From NCBI RefSeq assembly GCF_026210795.1, contig NC_089429.1, forward strand, positions 4,650,001 to 4,714,000: DNA of 64,000 nucleotides. Direction: 5' to 3'. The notes beneath the pieces were generated by a model, which did not search any database, was not told where the DNA came from, and saw only the letters and a list, made by a program, of their open reading frames with translations. The DNA is from Rhizophagus irregularis. Its lineage: Eukaryota. Made by a program: the position numbers and the translations under genes. Below, piece after piece: positions 42,997 through 55,298 of the stretch; within the stretch, counting starts at the first letter, position 1; each line of letters opens with the position of its first letter.

Positions 42997-44028
42997 ACTT
43001 GAAAGTTGGCCTTATTCTTATAAATGCTAAATTGCATCATAAAATGTTGCAGTGAACTTTACGCGCAACGAATAAAATTTACACATCATAGTATAGTAAC
43101 ACAATTATTCCACAAAATAAATAAAGAATATGACATAGTTCTATTTTATAATATTAAAAATTTAAAACAATTTCAGTTACAGTCATACTAAAGTCATTGC
43201 AAACGAAAATAATTGAATTATTTGCAGCATTATTGATTATAATTAATAACTCTTTTTAAAGATTTTAAAGTTGAATTGGTATGTACAAAATCTAGGAGAT
43301 CGAAAAATGAACGTGAAGAATGATTTTTTTTGCCTATGTTTCCTTCATTCCATCATAAAATAGCCACAAAAAAAAATTTGGAGATAATTATTGAAATTTC
43401 TAACTGAATATACTGCTGTAGTGATATAAAATAAAGGATGAAATTTACCAATAACTTATTTAATATATATCATAAATTTAGATCCTTATGAAAAGAAGAA
43501 ATATCTTCGGCTACGCATAACGCATTCATTGGAAATAATTATTTAATAAACCAAACCACAAATTGCACGAATACTATTGAAATTCAGCGTCATAATATAA
43601 GACTTGTTCAACTGAGTGAGATTATCCTTCATTAATTTCTTGCATCATATAAACATAATTTAGATATTAATATTTTTGTATAATAAGACTAAAAAGGTAA
43701 ATCTTAAGACGGTCTTCTTTCGATCTTTAAAAGCAATTTTTCTTTATTGTAATAAAATGATTAATTACTATGAATAATTTTAATAGTATCGATACATTCA
43801 TTATATTTATTGATAAGCTTACTTTTTTACCAATTTTAAAAATTTTCAATAAAAAATTAAGTTTGAAACAATTCTCGTACTAGTATTAATAATAGATTAA
43901 ACAAATTTGATGTTACGAGGATATAAGAAATTAGCTTCAGTTAATAATTTAATTGGTATGCATACTATACTATAATTCAATGATTTAATTTCAAAAAAAA
44001 AAATAGTCATAAAATTTGTACTAGCGTC

Positions 44029-45426
44029 CTAATTTTTTTGATGAGGTTGAATTCGAAAACGACCAGGATAATTTAATGATACTACTGGATAAAGTTTTGA
44101 TGGTAGATTATTCCAAGCTGATACTTCTGGATATTTTGTACCATTGATTGTAAAAGTGCAAGTTCTTTTATTCATATCCAAATGGACTGTAATTATTGTG
44201 CCATCACCAAATGGAAGACAGTACTTTACTGCTTTACTAAAATTATTACAATAACCATTGGAACCCAATACCCATCCAGTAGGTTGAATTCCTGCAAAGG
44301 TTTCATAATTTAAATTTTCTGACGCACATACTCCAACCCAAGCACAACCACTAACTTTCTCAATAATGACATCCCATTCAAAAATATCATTACTTTCTAA
44401 TACTATTTTGGCTCTAACATTTTGGTGATCACAACCATTTGGTGCATGCACAATTTTTCCGTTATTTTCAATAATAAGTTTTGATCCACATGCTGATTTA
44501 TCCCAAACATAGTCGATTTCATTAATTTGTCATTTTCCACGAGTATAACTTAAATTTAGATTATTTGATAACGCTACATATCGATAGAAGTTAAAAATTA
44601 TTTCATTTGAAACAATTTCTAGCGGCTCAATAAAATCGGCTAATATCTGAGATTTAATTCTTCTGAAATCAATAAACTTGACCAAAGGTTCCAATTCTTT
44701 AGCAACTTTTTGACGATCGGTAATAAATTTATTTCCCACTTTAATTGAATTCTCTACTTGTTCTAAAGTTGGCAACAGTTTCTTGAGAGTTTTATATGCA
44801 TCATTAGAAACTTGTTTTGCTGCTAGAATTGCACTATACCGAAAAACTTCATATTCCGGGGTCACGAAATGCATTTCTTTTTCATGTGTAATAGATAAAA
44901 GACATTTAAGACCCGTAATAGACAATCGACCAAATTCAATATTATTTAATGACATAATTGCTACTGTTTCAACCAATAAATTAAGAAAAATATTATCTTC
45001 CGCTAATGGAGTTTTTTCTGTAATTTTAGATAGTAATTCCGGTGAATAATTTTTAACTAAATTAGTATTCTTAACCGTTTTTGTAATAAAATCCTGAAGG
45101 TCTGATAATTGAAAATAATCAGCAGCGTAAAAAGCTTCAATTGCATTATCTTTTGTCAAAGATTCTTCTTTAATCGATCCCGTATAAATATATTCTAATA
45201 TAATTTCCATCCCGGCAGAATTAATCTTTGGAAAAGAAATTTGATTATCATAACTTTCTTTCATCCCATTATAAAGTAGTCTATCAAATACTTCGGATCT
45301 TGCTGCTAAAATTGCTCTACAACCATGTAATTTCTTTTCATCTTCACATAAAATTTCTATGTCACTATACTTTGGATTATTTATTAATAATCTTAAATCT
45401 TGTTCTAACGAATACCCTCTTATCAT
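44029..45426 (-). pseudogene. BTB-SPRY paralogue with in-frame TGA between BTB and SPRY parts
   Basis: TGA at 44530-44532 where the 39-40 kb copy has CGA; frame otherwise open. Confidence 0.75.
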
Positions 45427-45616
45427 TTTTTCAAGAAATTTTTAGAAAAAATAATACTTTTTTTTTCAGCCCCATTTATGAATATTTATATATTCTGTAC
45501 TATGTTGTACTAAACCAAAAAAAAGCATTACGTGCATATCATATGAATTTCAGTTAGCTGCGCCTTCATAATGAACCGATTAGATTCGGCAGGTAGTAAG
45601 TAAGTAACGGAAATTG

Positions 45617-45910
45617 GCTAAGGCCGCACCAATTCAATTTTTCGTTTAACATAACCCCCTCCCCCCCTGTTTTTGGATTTTTTATGTAAAAAAAATACAT
45701 GTAATTTAGGCCGGAATTATACAAATCTTTAAGTCTTGGCCGTAATTATCATCCAAAATTTTTGCTCACTCTTTTGGTCAAAATTTTGGCCAATATTAAT
45801 GGTAATTCTGGTCATGTATTGTATTTTATGTATTATTTTTTGTCCTTCCCCCCCCCCCCTAGATTGGGGCCCCTATGTTATGTTAAACAAAGAATTGGCT
45901 TGGAGCAGCC
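45617..45910. mobile_element. MITE-like element
   Basis: Imperfect inverted ends (CCAATTC...GTTTAACATAAC / GTTATGTTAAAC...GAATTGG); TAAGTAAGTAACG near both flanks. Confidence 0.45.
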
Positions 45911-46049
45911 TAAGTAAGTAACGTAAAATTACTGTTTTAGGTCAATTTACGCCCTATGAAAAAAAATCATCCAATTTTTGTACAATATTTGTTCAAGTTC
46001 GTGTGGAAATTGTACAATTATTGCAGATTTTTGGATAAAAATAGCTATG

Positions 46050-46250
46050 AAGTTTTCCAAAGCATATTAAAAGTATGCAATTTTTGTACAACTTAAATTT
46101 AGGATATAGAAAATGTTCAATTTTTGTGTGATTTTTATACAACTTAAATTTAGGATACAGAAAGCATTCAATTTTTGTACAATAAAAATTGTGATTATTG
46201 TACAACTTGAAAATAGACTTAAATTTAGGATACAGAAAGCAATTTTTGGG
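46050..46250. repeat. Short degenerate tandem repeat
   Basis: Three copies of ACTTAAATTTAGGATA(C/T)AGAAA with CAATTTTT linkers. Confidence 0.7.
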
Positions 46251-47569
46251 TAATCCTACTATACTACTTTCCAATGGTTACATTTGACCACTTTTAGGGT
46301 CGAATAGACCACTTTTAACCATTACAAATAGATTTTCCTAAGTAAAGTGATTTATGCAGTAAGGTTACACAAAATTCAACTGCATATTTGCTTATAAACA
46401 GGCATCTTCCGGACCCATTGGTGAAATTTTTGTATCATCTTGTAACTAAAAAAAAAGTCAAAAACTTTTTATTAGGTTACACAATTAGTTCTGACCGGAA
46501 TTATAATTTGGCCAGAATTATGCGGTAAAAATCAACTCTTAAAATTATATATGTTGATCACGTGATCTGATCGTCAAAATAAATATGACGACGCGAAATG
46601 TTTTTGTTTGTTTTTTTAACCTTTTAACTTTTCTTCAACTTTCTTTTAAAATATTAGGTAAGAAAAACTTGTGTTCTTTATCTTTTTATTTTCCTAACTT
46701 TTTACATTTTAATGTTACTAACTTGCTTTCTTCACTAACTTCATACTTTTTTTTTGGGTTTTGTTTTTTATCGCACCCGCGATATGTCGCAAGGGCATGC
46801 GCCTCCTAATTTTATTGGCGAAAAATTTTTTTGTGGCGCGTCAAATTTCAATTGTAACACGATCTTAAAAAATTTTTTTTTAAAAAATTCTTCGATCTGT
46901 TTTGGTTTCTTTGTCCCTACCCTTTAATAAAAACAAACCTTTACATTTCTTTTCTAATTACGTTTTCATTAAAAACATTGTTTATCATGTTTATATTCGA
47001 TGGTTGGTTTCTTTTTTCTTCTTTTTTGTCTTGTTTTGAAAACTACACTAAAGGTTTTTTTTCTTTTTTCAGGTCCTTTGCGTTGTGGATTTTGACGTTA
47101 ATATCATTTGAAAAGAGACTTTTCGTTCTTTAAAGACTCAGTAGGTGAAGTTTAATACACCGTGTTTAATAACCTTAAAAACACTATTAACGATTTTTTT
47201 TTTTACTTTAGATTCTTTCACTTTAGATTCTTTTCACAACGGAAGTTTAATGTCAATTTCGTTACTCTTCCTTCTTCTCATTTGGAAAAAATATTGGTAA
47301 GTGTCGGTTATATAGACTATGAACTAATTTAAACGGCCTCTTCAAAGTTTTTGTATATGTATTAACCTCTTGTAAACAATATTAACCAATTTTTTTCTTT
47401 TTTTTAGGTTCTTTAATTTGATTTCCTTTCTAAAGAAGACCTCTTACTTTCCACTTTGGCGAAGTCTCAGTAGGTGTTATTCAGGTTGTTGGTGTACGGG
47501 AAGCTTTTAGAAACAACACTAACAAGTGTTTTTTCTTTTTTTTTAGGTTTTTTTTCGTTGTAAAAGCTA

Positions 47570-47940
47570 AGATTTACCGCCAATTGTGTTTTTTTTCATT
47601 TCGGTAGGTGTTATATAGGTTAATAGTGCATGTAATAACCTGTTATAAATGATATTAATGAGTTTTTTTCTTTTTTTAGGTTCTTTCACGTTGTTAAAGC
47701 CAAACTTTAAAGCTGATCTCATTTTTAAGGTACCTTTGTTACCTTTCACTTCGGTAGGTGTTATATGGGCTAATGGTGTATGTAATAACCTATTATAAAT
47801 GATAATATTAATGAGTTTTTTTTTCTTTTTTTAGGTTTTTTTCACGTTGTTAAAGCCAAACTTTAAAACTGATCCCATTTCTAAGGTACCTTTGTTACCT
47901 TTCACTTCGGTAGGTGTTATATGGGCTAATGGTGTATGTA
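47570..47940. repeat. Left inverted arm of the MULE: tandem repeat units
   Basis: Tandem units starting TTCGGTAGGTGTTATATGGGCTAATGGTGTATG; the reverse complement recurs at 51137-51590. Confidence 0.85.
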
Positions 47941-48211
47941 CTATATAGTAGTCTTTAAAATGAATTAATGGTTTTTTTTTCTTTTTTAGATTCATACGGA
48001 TGTAGTTCACCCGACAATGATGATACAGCAAGTGTAACAAGTACGACTAGTGAACATGAAAAATGCACATGGAAACTCTGATGTCTTCTATTTCGGAGAT
48101 AATAAATAGATTAGTGGTGTATGTATATCTTTGGGAAGTATTAGTGAAGATTTAATTAGGAGGCTTAATAAACTTTATTGTCAAATTTAAAGATACTTTA
48201 GCATTTGATAA

Positions 48212-50631
48212 CTATCTTAAAATATTACAATTTCGCTTATTATGACCCATATCACCACAATTTCCACATTTATATTGTTTACTATTTACTGAAGTCGTAG
48301 TCTTTTCTTTTTCATGGCTTGCTTTAATTCGTTTTGTACCCTTCGGGCATCCTTTAGACCTGGTTTGTTTATTAGGATTATTGAGAATAAAAGGAAAATT
48401 TTCCTTATCAGATTCATCATCTTTTGTATCTTCTAATTCGATATTTTCATTTTGTTCTTCATCTTGTTCTTCATCAACATCTTTTAAGTAATTCTCCAAA
48501 ATATGTATTATACGTATATCCCTTTTACTAACAGCTTTCATAGTAGCTTTATGTGATAAGCCAGCAATTTTACCATATAATTGTATGTCTGTAAGTTGTT
48601 CATGCCGAGTAATAAATTCTTGTGATGTTTTGCAAATTGCAGTTAAAAATGGAACATTATGTTGAGAAATAAGAGGTGTAATCTCATTTTCAAATTTGCT
48701 AGCAACTAAAAATTGCTCTTTACTAGGATCTTTATCTCTATAATACCATTGTGAAGGAATAAGTCTTAAATGGAATCTTGCTGCAGGACTACGAAGCATT
48801 ATTTGAAAATAATGCCTGCAAATAATTCCTCGATTAATAAGAGATAGACAAGAGCAATAATGAGATCCATTTATTAATAAGATAATAAAATGTTTCTCAA
48901 CAAGTTTGTTTTCAACATTTACAGCCCACATAGATGAAATTTGATCTTTATTAATGTTGGAAATCATACATGCTGCAGTTATTTGACGAGCATCAGATAC
49001 ATCTTCCAAATATTGACCTAATAAGAGATCATACTGCAAACACATGTAATAGCAATGTTAAATCAAGTAAAATACAAACATAATAAGTATACAATTATTA
49101 TTGTAATATATACTTTATCAAATTCATCAATTACTTCTTGGGTAACTTGTACAGCATTATAAAAAACACACTGACGAATTTCATCTCTTTGAAGTTCTAA
49201 TATGGCAGGAGGCAAATATTCTTCAAGTTTTTGGTTAATAGAAGTAAACATGAACGCAGCAGTGGAAATCTGAGTAGGCATACAGGGAATAGCAGCTTTC
49301 CATAACACAAGTTGATATTTTTTGTTTTCTGCCATTTGTCTTCTCTCTATTACATCCCCAAGTTCACATAAAGAAATATTAGAGTTAAAAATATAACTTT
49401 TAATCCATGCATTAATGCTTTCTACAGGAGAAGATGCATGGAGTCCTGCAGTAAATTGGTGACATGTCCAAGGATGAGCCCATGATTCTTTAGTATTATA
49501 AAGAGTATTTATCAAATATTGCTGTATTTCAGGATATTGAGTAATTAATTTTCTCCATTCTGATTCAAAGGAAAGTGTGTTTAGTGTATTACGTACAGCA
49601 TGAAATTTTGTAAAAAACTCTTGAAATTTATTTCCAATTAGTTTTTGAACCTTTTTAATCAAATTTTGGCTAATATGAAAAGTGCAATGCATCGGGTATG
49701 TGGTAGGAAATGTAGACCTAATCGCAGCATATACAGCTGGATCTGCATCTGTCATTATTACTTGTGGATACACATTATTTGTTGCTAAATTGAGTTGTTC
49801 AAATGACCATTCATGTGATTCTTTTGTTTCATCAATTAATAATGCTTGTGCAACAAGTCTTACATTCCGATTTTCATCAAGAATAATAAATAAACTTAAA
49901 GCCATCTCATACCTATTGGTTTTACAAGTTACATCTTGTACCACAATATCTGAATACCGATACCATAATTCTAACTGAGATGGCGTCATCCAGAATAAAT
50001 GTGTAAGAGTATTATTATTATCAAATTTGATCGCAACCTTCCACATTGGATTATTTTGTGATAATTCAAGTAATTTCGTATACAATTTAGCTGCATCATT
50101 ACTATCATCTTTATTTTGTGGACGAAAATGTTGAATTGCTTTATACAAATCATTATCATAAATTATTTGTCCTGGGAACTTTGCTTCAAGATATTGTCTT
50201 TGTGTAGCAGCTCCCATTCTGCATTTAATAGTAAGAAATTCAATCTCCTTCATAATTTCAGGAGGTATGTATTTGTTATCTCCAAATTGAATGATATTAG
50301 GATTAAGATTATGTGAATGGATATCATGAAGTGTTGTAATATAAACATATTTAAAAGGATTTTTAGAGGTAGGTTCTGATAAATTAATATGCCAAGCACA
50401 GCCTAGACGTTTTGTTGTTGTCTCTTTATTGGATTTTGTAACATAATTACCATGATGTTCACATTGTGCAGTACGTCTACGAAAAGTTCCATCAGATTTT
50501 TTCTCAACACGACTATATATGATATTAAACCCTTGCTGCTTTGCCCGACTTTCAATAGTTTCAAATGCTTGCTTCCAAGTGGTGAAAGCCTTTCCTTGAT
50601 ACAAAACTGGTTCAGAGTTTTCTTGTTGCAT
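48212..50631 (-). CDS. FAR1-type Mutator/MULE transposase, two exons
   Basis: FAR1-like C...CxWHI...HxH region, DVTCKTNRY, VIMTDAD, HCTFHI, PVESINA, SWIM finger CSC...GIICRH and CGNCGDMGHNKRNC knuckle. A phase-0 GT-AG intron at 49034-49113 joins the two ORFs. Confidence 0.9.
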
Positions 50632-51136
50632 TGTAGTAAACAAAGGTATAAGGTGTGTAAAAAGCAAAAAAAAATAAAGGGACGTACAAAAAAATTAGGT
50701 AAACAAATAGTAACTTTTGTGTTACAATCACAATTCATATATTTACTAGCCAATAAAATTAAGCATTGTCCGCACACTAATATTTTCGTTTATTCAGAAC
50801 TAAAACCAAGTTAATGACATTTATAAAAGCAATAACATATACTATTAGTCCTATCAACACTTTACCGAAAATGAAAAGTCTTTTTTTAACAAGATTTAAA
50901 ATTAAAATTAAGCTTCTGCAATAAAAGAAGTCTTTTAATATAATATTTACCAACTCTCTATCAAAATAAAAAGACAATACCATCAAGAAAGTAAGAAAAG
51001 TAAGGATTAATCATTAATTATTAGACCTTTTCTATATAAGAATTTTATGTGTATGTAATTAATTACTTTATTAAAAAAATTGTTAAGCATCCTGGTTCCT
51101 AATTTATATACTTTAATCATTTCCAAAGGCTGTTTC

Positions 51137-51590
51137 ATACACCATTAGCCCATATAACACCTACCGAAGTAAAAAATAACAAAGGTACCAAAAAAATGGA
51201 GAAAAAAGGATTTATACCATTTATCCTGGTAGAGCGTTAGAATTTTTCCGCCAAACAATTTCTACTAGTCCTTTATTACCTGGTATGTTTCGTCCGACGG
51301 TATCAGCTTTAAAGTTTGGCTTTAACAACGTGAAAACCCCTAAAAAAGAAAAAAAACTCATTAATATTATCATTTATAATAGGTTATTACATACACCATT
51401 AGCCCATATAACACCTACCGAAGTGAAAGGTAACAAAGGTACCTTAGAAATGGGATCAGTTTTAAAGTTTGGCTTTAACAACGTGAAAAAAACCTAAAAA
51501 AAGAAAAAAAAACTCATTAATATTATCATTTATAATAGGTTATTACATACACCATTAGCCCATATAACACCTACCGAAGTGAAAGGTAAC
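51137..51590. repeat. Right inverted arm of the MULE, cut off by the Polinton-like insertion
   Basis: Reverse complement of 47570-47940; the last unit breaks at GAAAGGTAAC(A) instead of continuing AAAGGTACC. Confidence 0.85.
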
Positions 51591-52060
51591 AGTCGTCGGG
51601 CTGGATGTGGGAGGTGCAAGCACCACCCACCTCTGGGTCTAACGACCCGTCGCAGTACCTATTTGGACCTTGCAGGTCCCAGGAATCCCCATATATACTA
51701 CCACCATGGCCACAGTGGCCATGGCTGGTCACACTACTTTCCAACTCCTTTTTTTTATCCATTTTTTCTTATACATAAAACTACTATGACCACTATGACC
51801 ACTATGACCAGACTACTAAAAAGTGGATAAAAACGCGAATAAAGCCAAAATCAGACAGAATATCCGGTCATAGTACTGGCCACAGTTCGAAAAACTTATG
51901 ATAATACTATGGCCACCTTAGTTAGCCCCTCAGGCTCCAAAACCCGATTTAAGCTATGACCACCCTTTATCTACATACCTGGGACACCGAACTATGCCAC
52001 TGAACTATGACCGCCGAACTATGACCGCCGAACTATGACCACCGAACTATGGCCACTTTC
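51591..52060. repeat. Non-coding left terminal region (probable TIR) with reiterated ACTATG(A/G)CC motifs
   Basis: About ten ACTATGACC/ACTATGGCC copies, including tandem GAACTATGACCGCC units near 52002-52055. The matching right TIR is not in the window. Confidence 0.6.
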
Positions 52061-52113
52061 CCCGTCAGAAAAAATAAGTAATTGAACAATGGGTATACCA
52101 TAAGTAATATACA

Positions 52114-52551
52114 ATGATGAACTTACACGCAGCCACTTATCTTGCCAAAAACCTCGGACTTGATCTTGTAGACATCTATGGAATCCGTAAATGGATCCAA
52201 ATGCGGGCATCGCCCCTCAACGACCCGGATATAGTAGCAGAAATAGTCAGAAACCTTCCGGCCAAAGAATTTGGAAAGCACCTCAAAATAAACAGACTCT
52301 GGTACAATTGTTGTAAAGCCGAGTTGTGGAAGCGATATGAGAAAGCCGAGGAGGCATACGACAGGGCAGTAGAAAAGAAGGAAAAAGCGGGGGATGCTCT
52401 TGGTCAATCATTTGAGGAAGAGGGTATTGGAAATCGTGAACTTCATGAGCTTAATTGGAAGGAGTATCAAAAGGCTTATAAAGAGTTAACGGACGCTAGA
52501 AAAGAGCAAATAATGGTAAGGTGGGCTCTTGAGCGGTGTGGATTTCACTAG
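52114..52551 (+). CDS. Small F-box-like protein with helical C-terminus
   Basis: PDIVAEIVRNLPAKEFGKHLKINRLWYNCCKAELWK fits the F-box pattern. Confidence 0.55.
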   Translation: MMNLHAATYLAKNLGLDLVDIYGIRKWIQMRASPLNDPDIVAEIVRNLPAKEFGKHLKINRLWYNCCKAELWKRYEKAEEAYDRAVEKKEKAGDALGQSFEEEGIGNRELHELNWKEYQKAYKELTDARKEQIMVRWALERCGFH

Positions 52552-52786
52552 ATATACGTGGATTGAAAAGGGGGAAGGGAAGATTTAGAGCAGTCGTAAA
52601 GGTTCGTGGTTTATAGTTTTTTTTTACCCCTAAAAGATAACCAGATATAACCGGAGGACCGCAGAACCGCAGGACCACAGGACTACAGGAGGGTAACCTG
52701 GTAGGAGTGCAGATCTTTGGAAAAAAATATTCGGCAATTGAAGATTAGGTAACTATAAATTAGTACTCGATTTGATAGAACAAAAA

Positions 52787-55215
52787 ATGGCCGCTCAAGT
52801 TCCAGCAATCTTTAACCCCAACAACCGTTTCTTCTACGATGACCTTCTTAAAAAGTGTATAGGTACACACACAAAAGAAAGCATCAATTCAGCAATCTCA
52901 GCTTCTGTGGCTTTCATCACCACGAAGTCCGGCATGTGGATCAGAAAAAGAAGGCTTATAATGGAAGCATATACTTCGAGTTTGCTGCAGATCTCAAGGG
53001 AATTTCTACTAAGCACAAGGTAAGTATTCGGTCAGATGCAGGAGAAGATGATGGTATGACCACATCCATCAAGTTAAAGGACCTTCTTATCCAAGCCTCA
53101 GTCACAAAGATCTGTTATACAGATGTTAATTTCATGCCTTATCCCCCAAATGCACCAAAGTATAATCCTGAATTCTTCAATCTCTTTCTAGGTTTCAGGG
53201 CTCAACCCGCTGAGCACATCAAACTGAACCTAGTTAATCCAATCATTCGACATGTTCATGAGGTATGGTGTGCAGAGGACAAGCAGTTAACCACGTACAT
53301 CCTCAACTGGCTTGCATTTCTGGTTCAAAATCCTGACAAAAAACCCGGTACAGCAATTATTATGCGCAGTCCCCCCAGATGTGGTAAGAATATCTTAACC
53401 GATTTTATCGGAGAACGTATTCTCGGCCGTGAAAACTTCCTCTCCACTACGCGTCTTGAAGATGTAATGGGAAGGTTCAATGCGGCTGTTCGTGCCAAAA
53501 AACTCATTATCCTCAATGAATGTGATATGACAGGCAAGGAATGGCATGGAGCAAATAATTGACTCAAGAGTTTAATCACTGAGCCTTACATCTCTATCGA
53601 GGAAAAAGGAATAGATGTGAAGGTTATTGATGACTTTGCTGGCTACATGATCCTGAGTAATCATGCTATGCCAATTCGCATAGAAATGGGAGATGAAAGA
53701 TTTGTAGCTCTTAACGTCTCAGCCAAATATAAGGGTAATCGAGAATACTTCAGTTCTCTAGTAAAAGTATTAGAAAATCCAGATACAGCCAGTTCCTTCA
53801 TGTCCTATCTACTTAGCCGAGACTTAACTAGCTTCAATCCCCGATCTATTCCTGATACTCAAATGAAACAGGAGCTAATTGAAGCAAGTATTCCAAATCC
53901 CCAGCGTTTCATACAATATTACCTTGAAATGATGTGGCCCGACAATTGTGATACACTTGAAATTCCTTGTACAAATTTCTATAGCACTTACCAGAATTGG
54001 TGCAGTGAGAAGGGCGAAAACAAAACACTTAGTGATAATAAGTTTGGTATGGAGATTAAGCAATTTATTCCTAAAACTCGCCCAAGACGTTCAGGTGCTA
54101 GAATAAACTATTACATACTAGATAAAGCAAAAATTGCGAAGAATTTTAGTAGAGTAATCCAGGAGACACAAGACATACAGGAAGCACAGGTAGATCAAGA
54201 GGAAGTAGAGCCAGTTGTTGAGAAACCTGCTAAGGAAAAACCCGCTTCTGTCGAGAAGAAGCCTACTGAAGAGAAACCAGTTTCCAAAAAGACTCCACCA
54301 CCAGTACCACTTAAGCCCGATTGCTTGAAGGTAAAACCCGCACCTGTCATCAATGAGGATCCTATTCCTGAGGAATCTCCAGCTCCTATAGAGTCAGATA
54401 CTGATGAACCTATAGATAGCTTCTCGGACTGTTATCTATCTGATGAGGAACCTGATCAAGAAAATGAGCCGCCTGCTGAGGAACCTGCATTTAAAGCTGA
54501 TGATGACTATGACGTTTTAGATGACTTGCTATCTGACTCAGATTTTACAACTGTGAACCCAGCTCCTGAACAACAACCCGAGTCTCTCGCAGAATCTTCT
54601 GCATCTGTCACTAAGCCTGACCCAGAACCGGCTCCTGAAGAGCAACCTATCCCAGAACCCGACACAGAACTAGAAGTTGACTGGGACCCTGAACCAAAGG
54701 AAGGTACTCGAGCACACTGGGCTTGGCATGAAAGGCACCGATGGGATTATAAGCCATGGGTCAAGAATTCAAAGGACCAGGTCTTCAATGATCTTTACAA
54801 TACAGGTAAGGATTTATGGGCTAAGTACCAAAACGCGTCAGACGAGTATGACTGGGAAATACTCGCGTTTGAAGTAGAGGAATGTCCCACAACACGTATT
54901 GAAGACGAGTACCAGTACTACCTTAGGGAAGTAGTAGACCGCTTCAAGGACTGGATCGAATATAATGGATACTTATCTAAAACACCTAGCCGTAAAGAGC
55001 TTGCAGATTTAATAAGAGCATATAAGGAGGATCATGATGCCGAGATTATCCCTACTACCTCCGGTTATGAAACTATGAAGATGAATAAGGGTAAGGCACG
55101 AGAAATCCCAGAGGAGTGTCCAAAGACCGAGATGGAACGCCAGTGGGAGGCCGCTAATGGATTTGTAGACGAGCTGGATATTGATGAGGCCTGTGATATG
55201 ATTGACTCCTTTTAA
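52787..55215 (+). pseudogene. Superfamily-3 (D5/NrS-1-like) helicase with long acidic, Pro-rich tail; disrupted
   Basis: ILNWLAFLVQNPDKKPG, Walker A SPPRCGKN, Walker B IILNE, motif C MILSN, winged-helix-like FYSTYQNWCSEKG. Frameshift near 52945 and in-frame TGA at 53560-53562. Confidence 0.8.
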
Positions 55216-55298
55216 TAAGATAAGCGCCTCTTAGTTATCTTATATTTTTTATATAAAAAACCTATATTACAATTGAATACAATTCATAGTTATATCAA

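Noticed and set aside
53560..53562. Alternative genetic code or selenocysteine at the helicase TGA
   Set aside because: Trp is TGG in the codons I read in the element, TGA terminates the PolB ORF, and a basic residue fits this position, so CGA>TGA is simpler.
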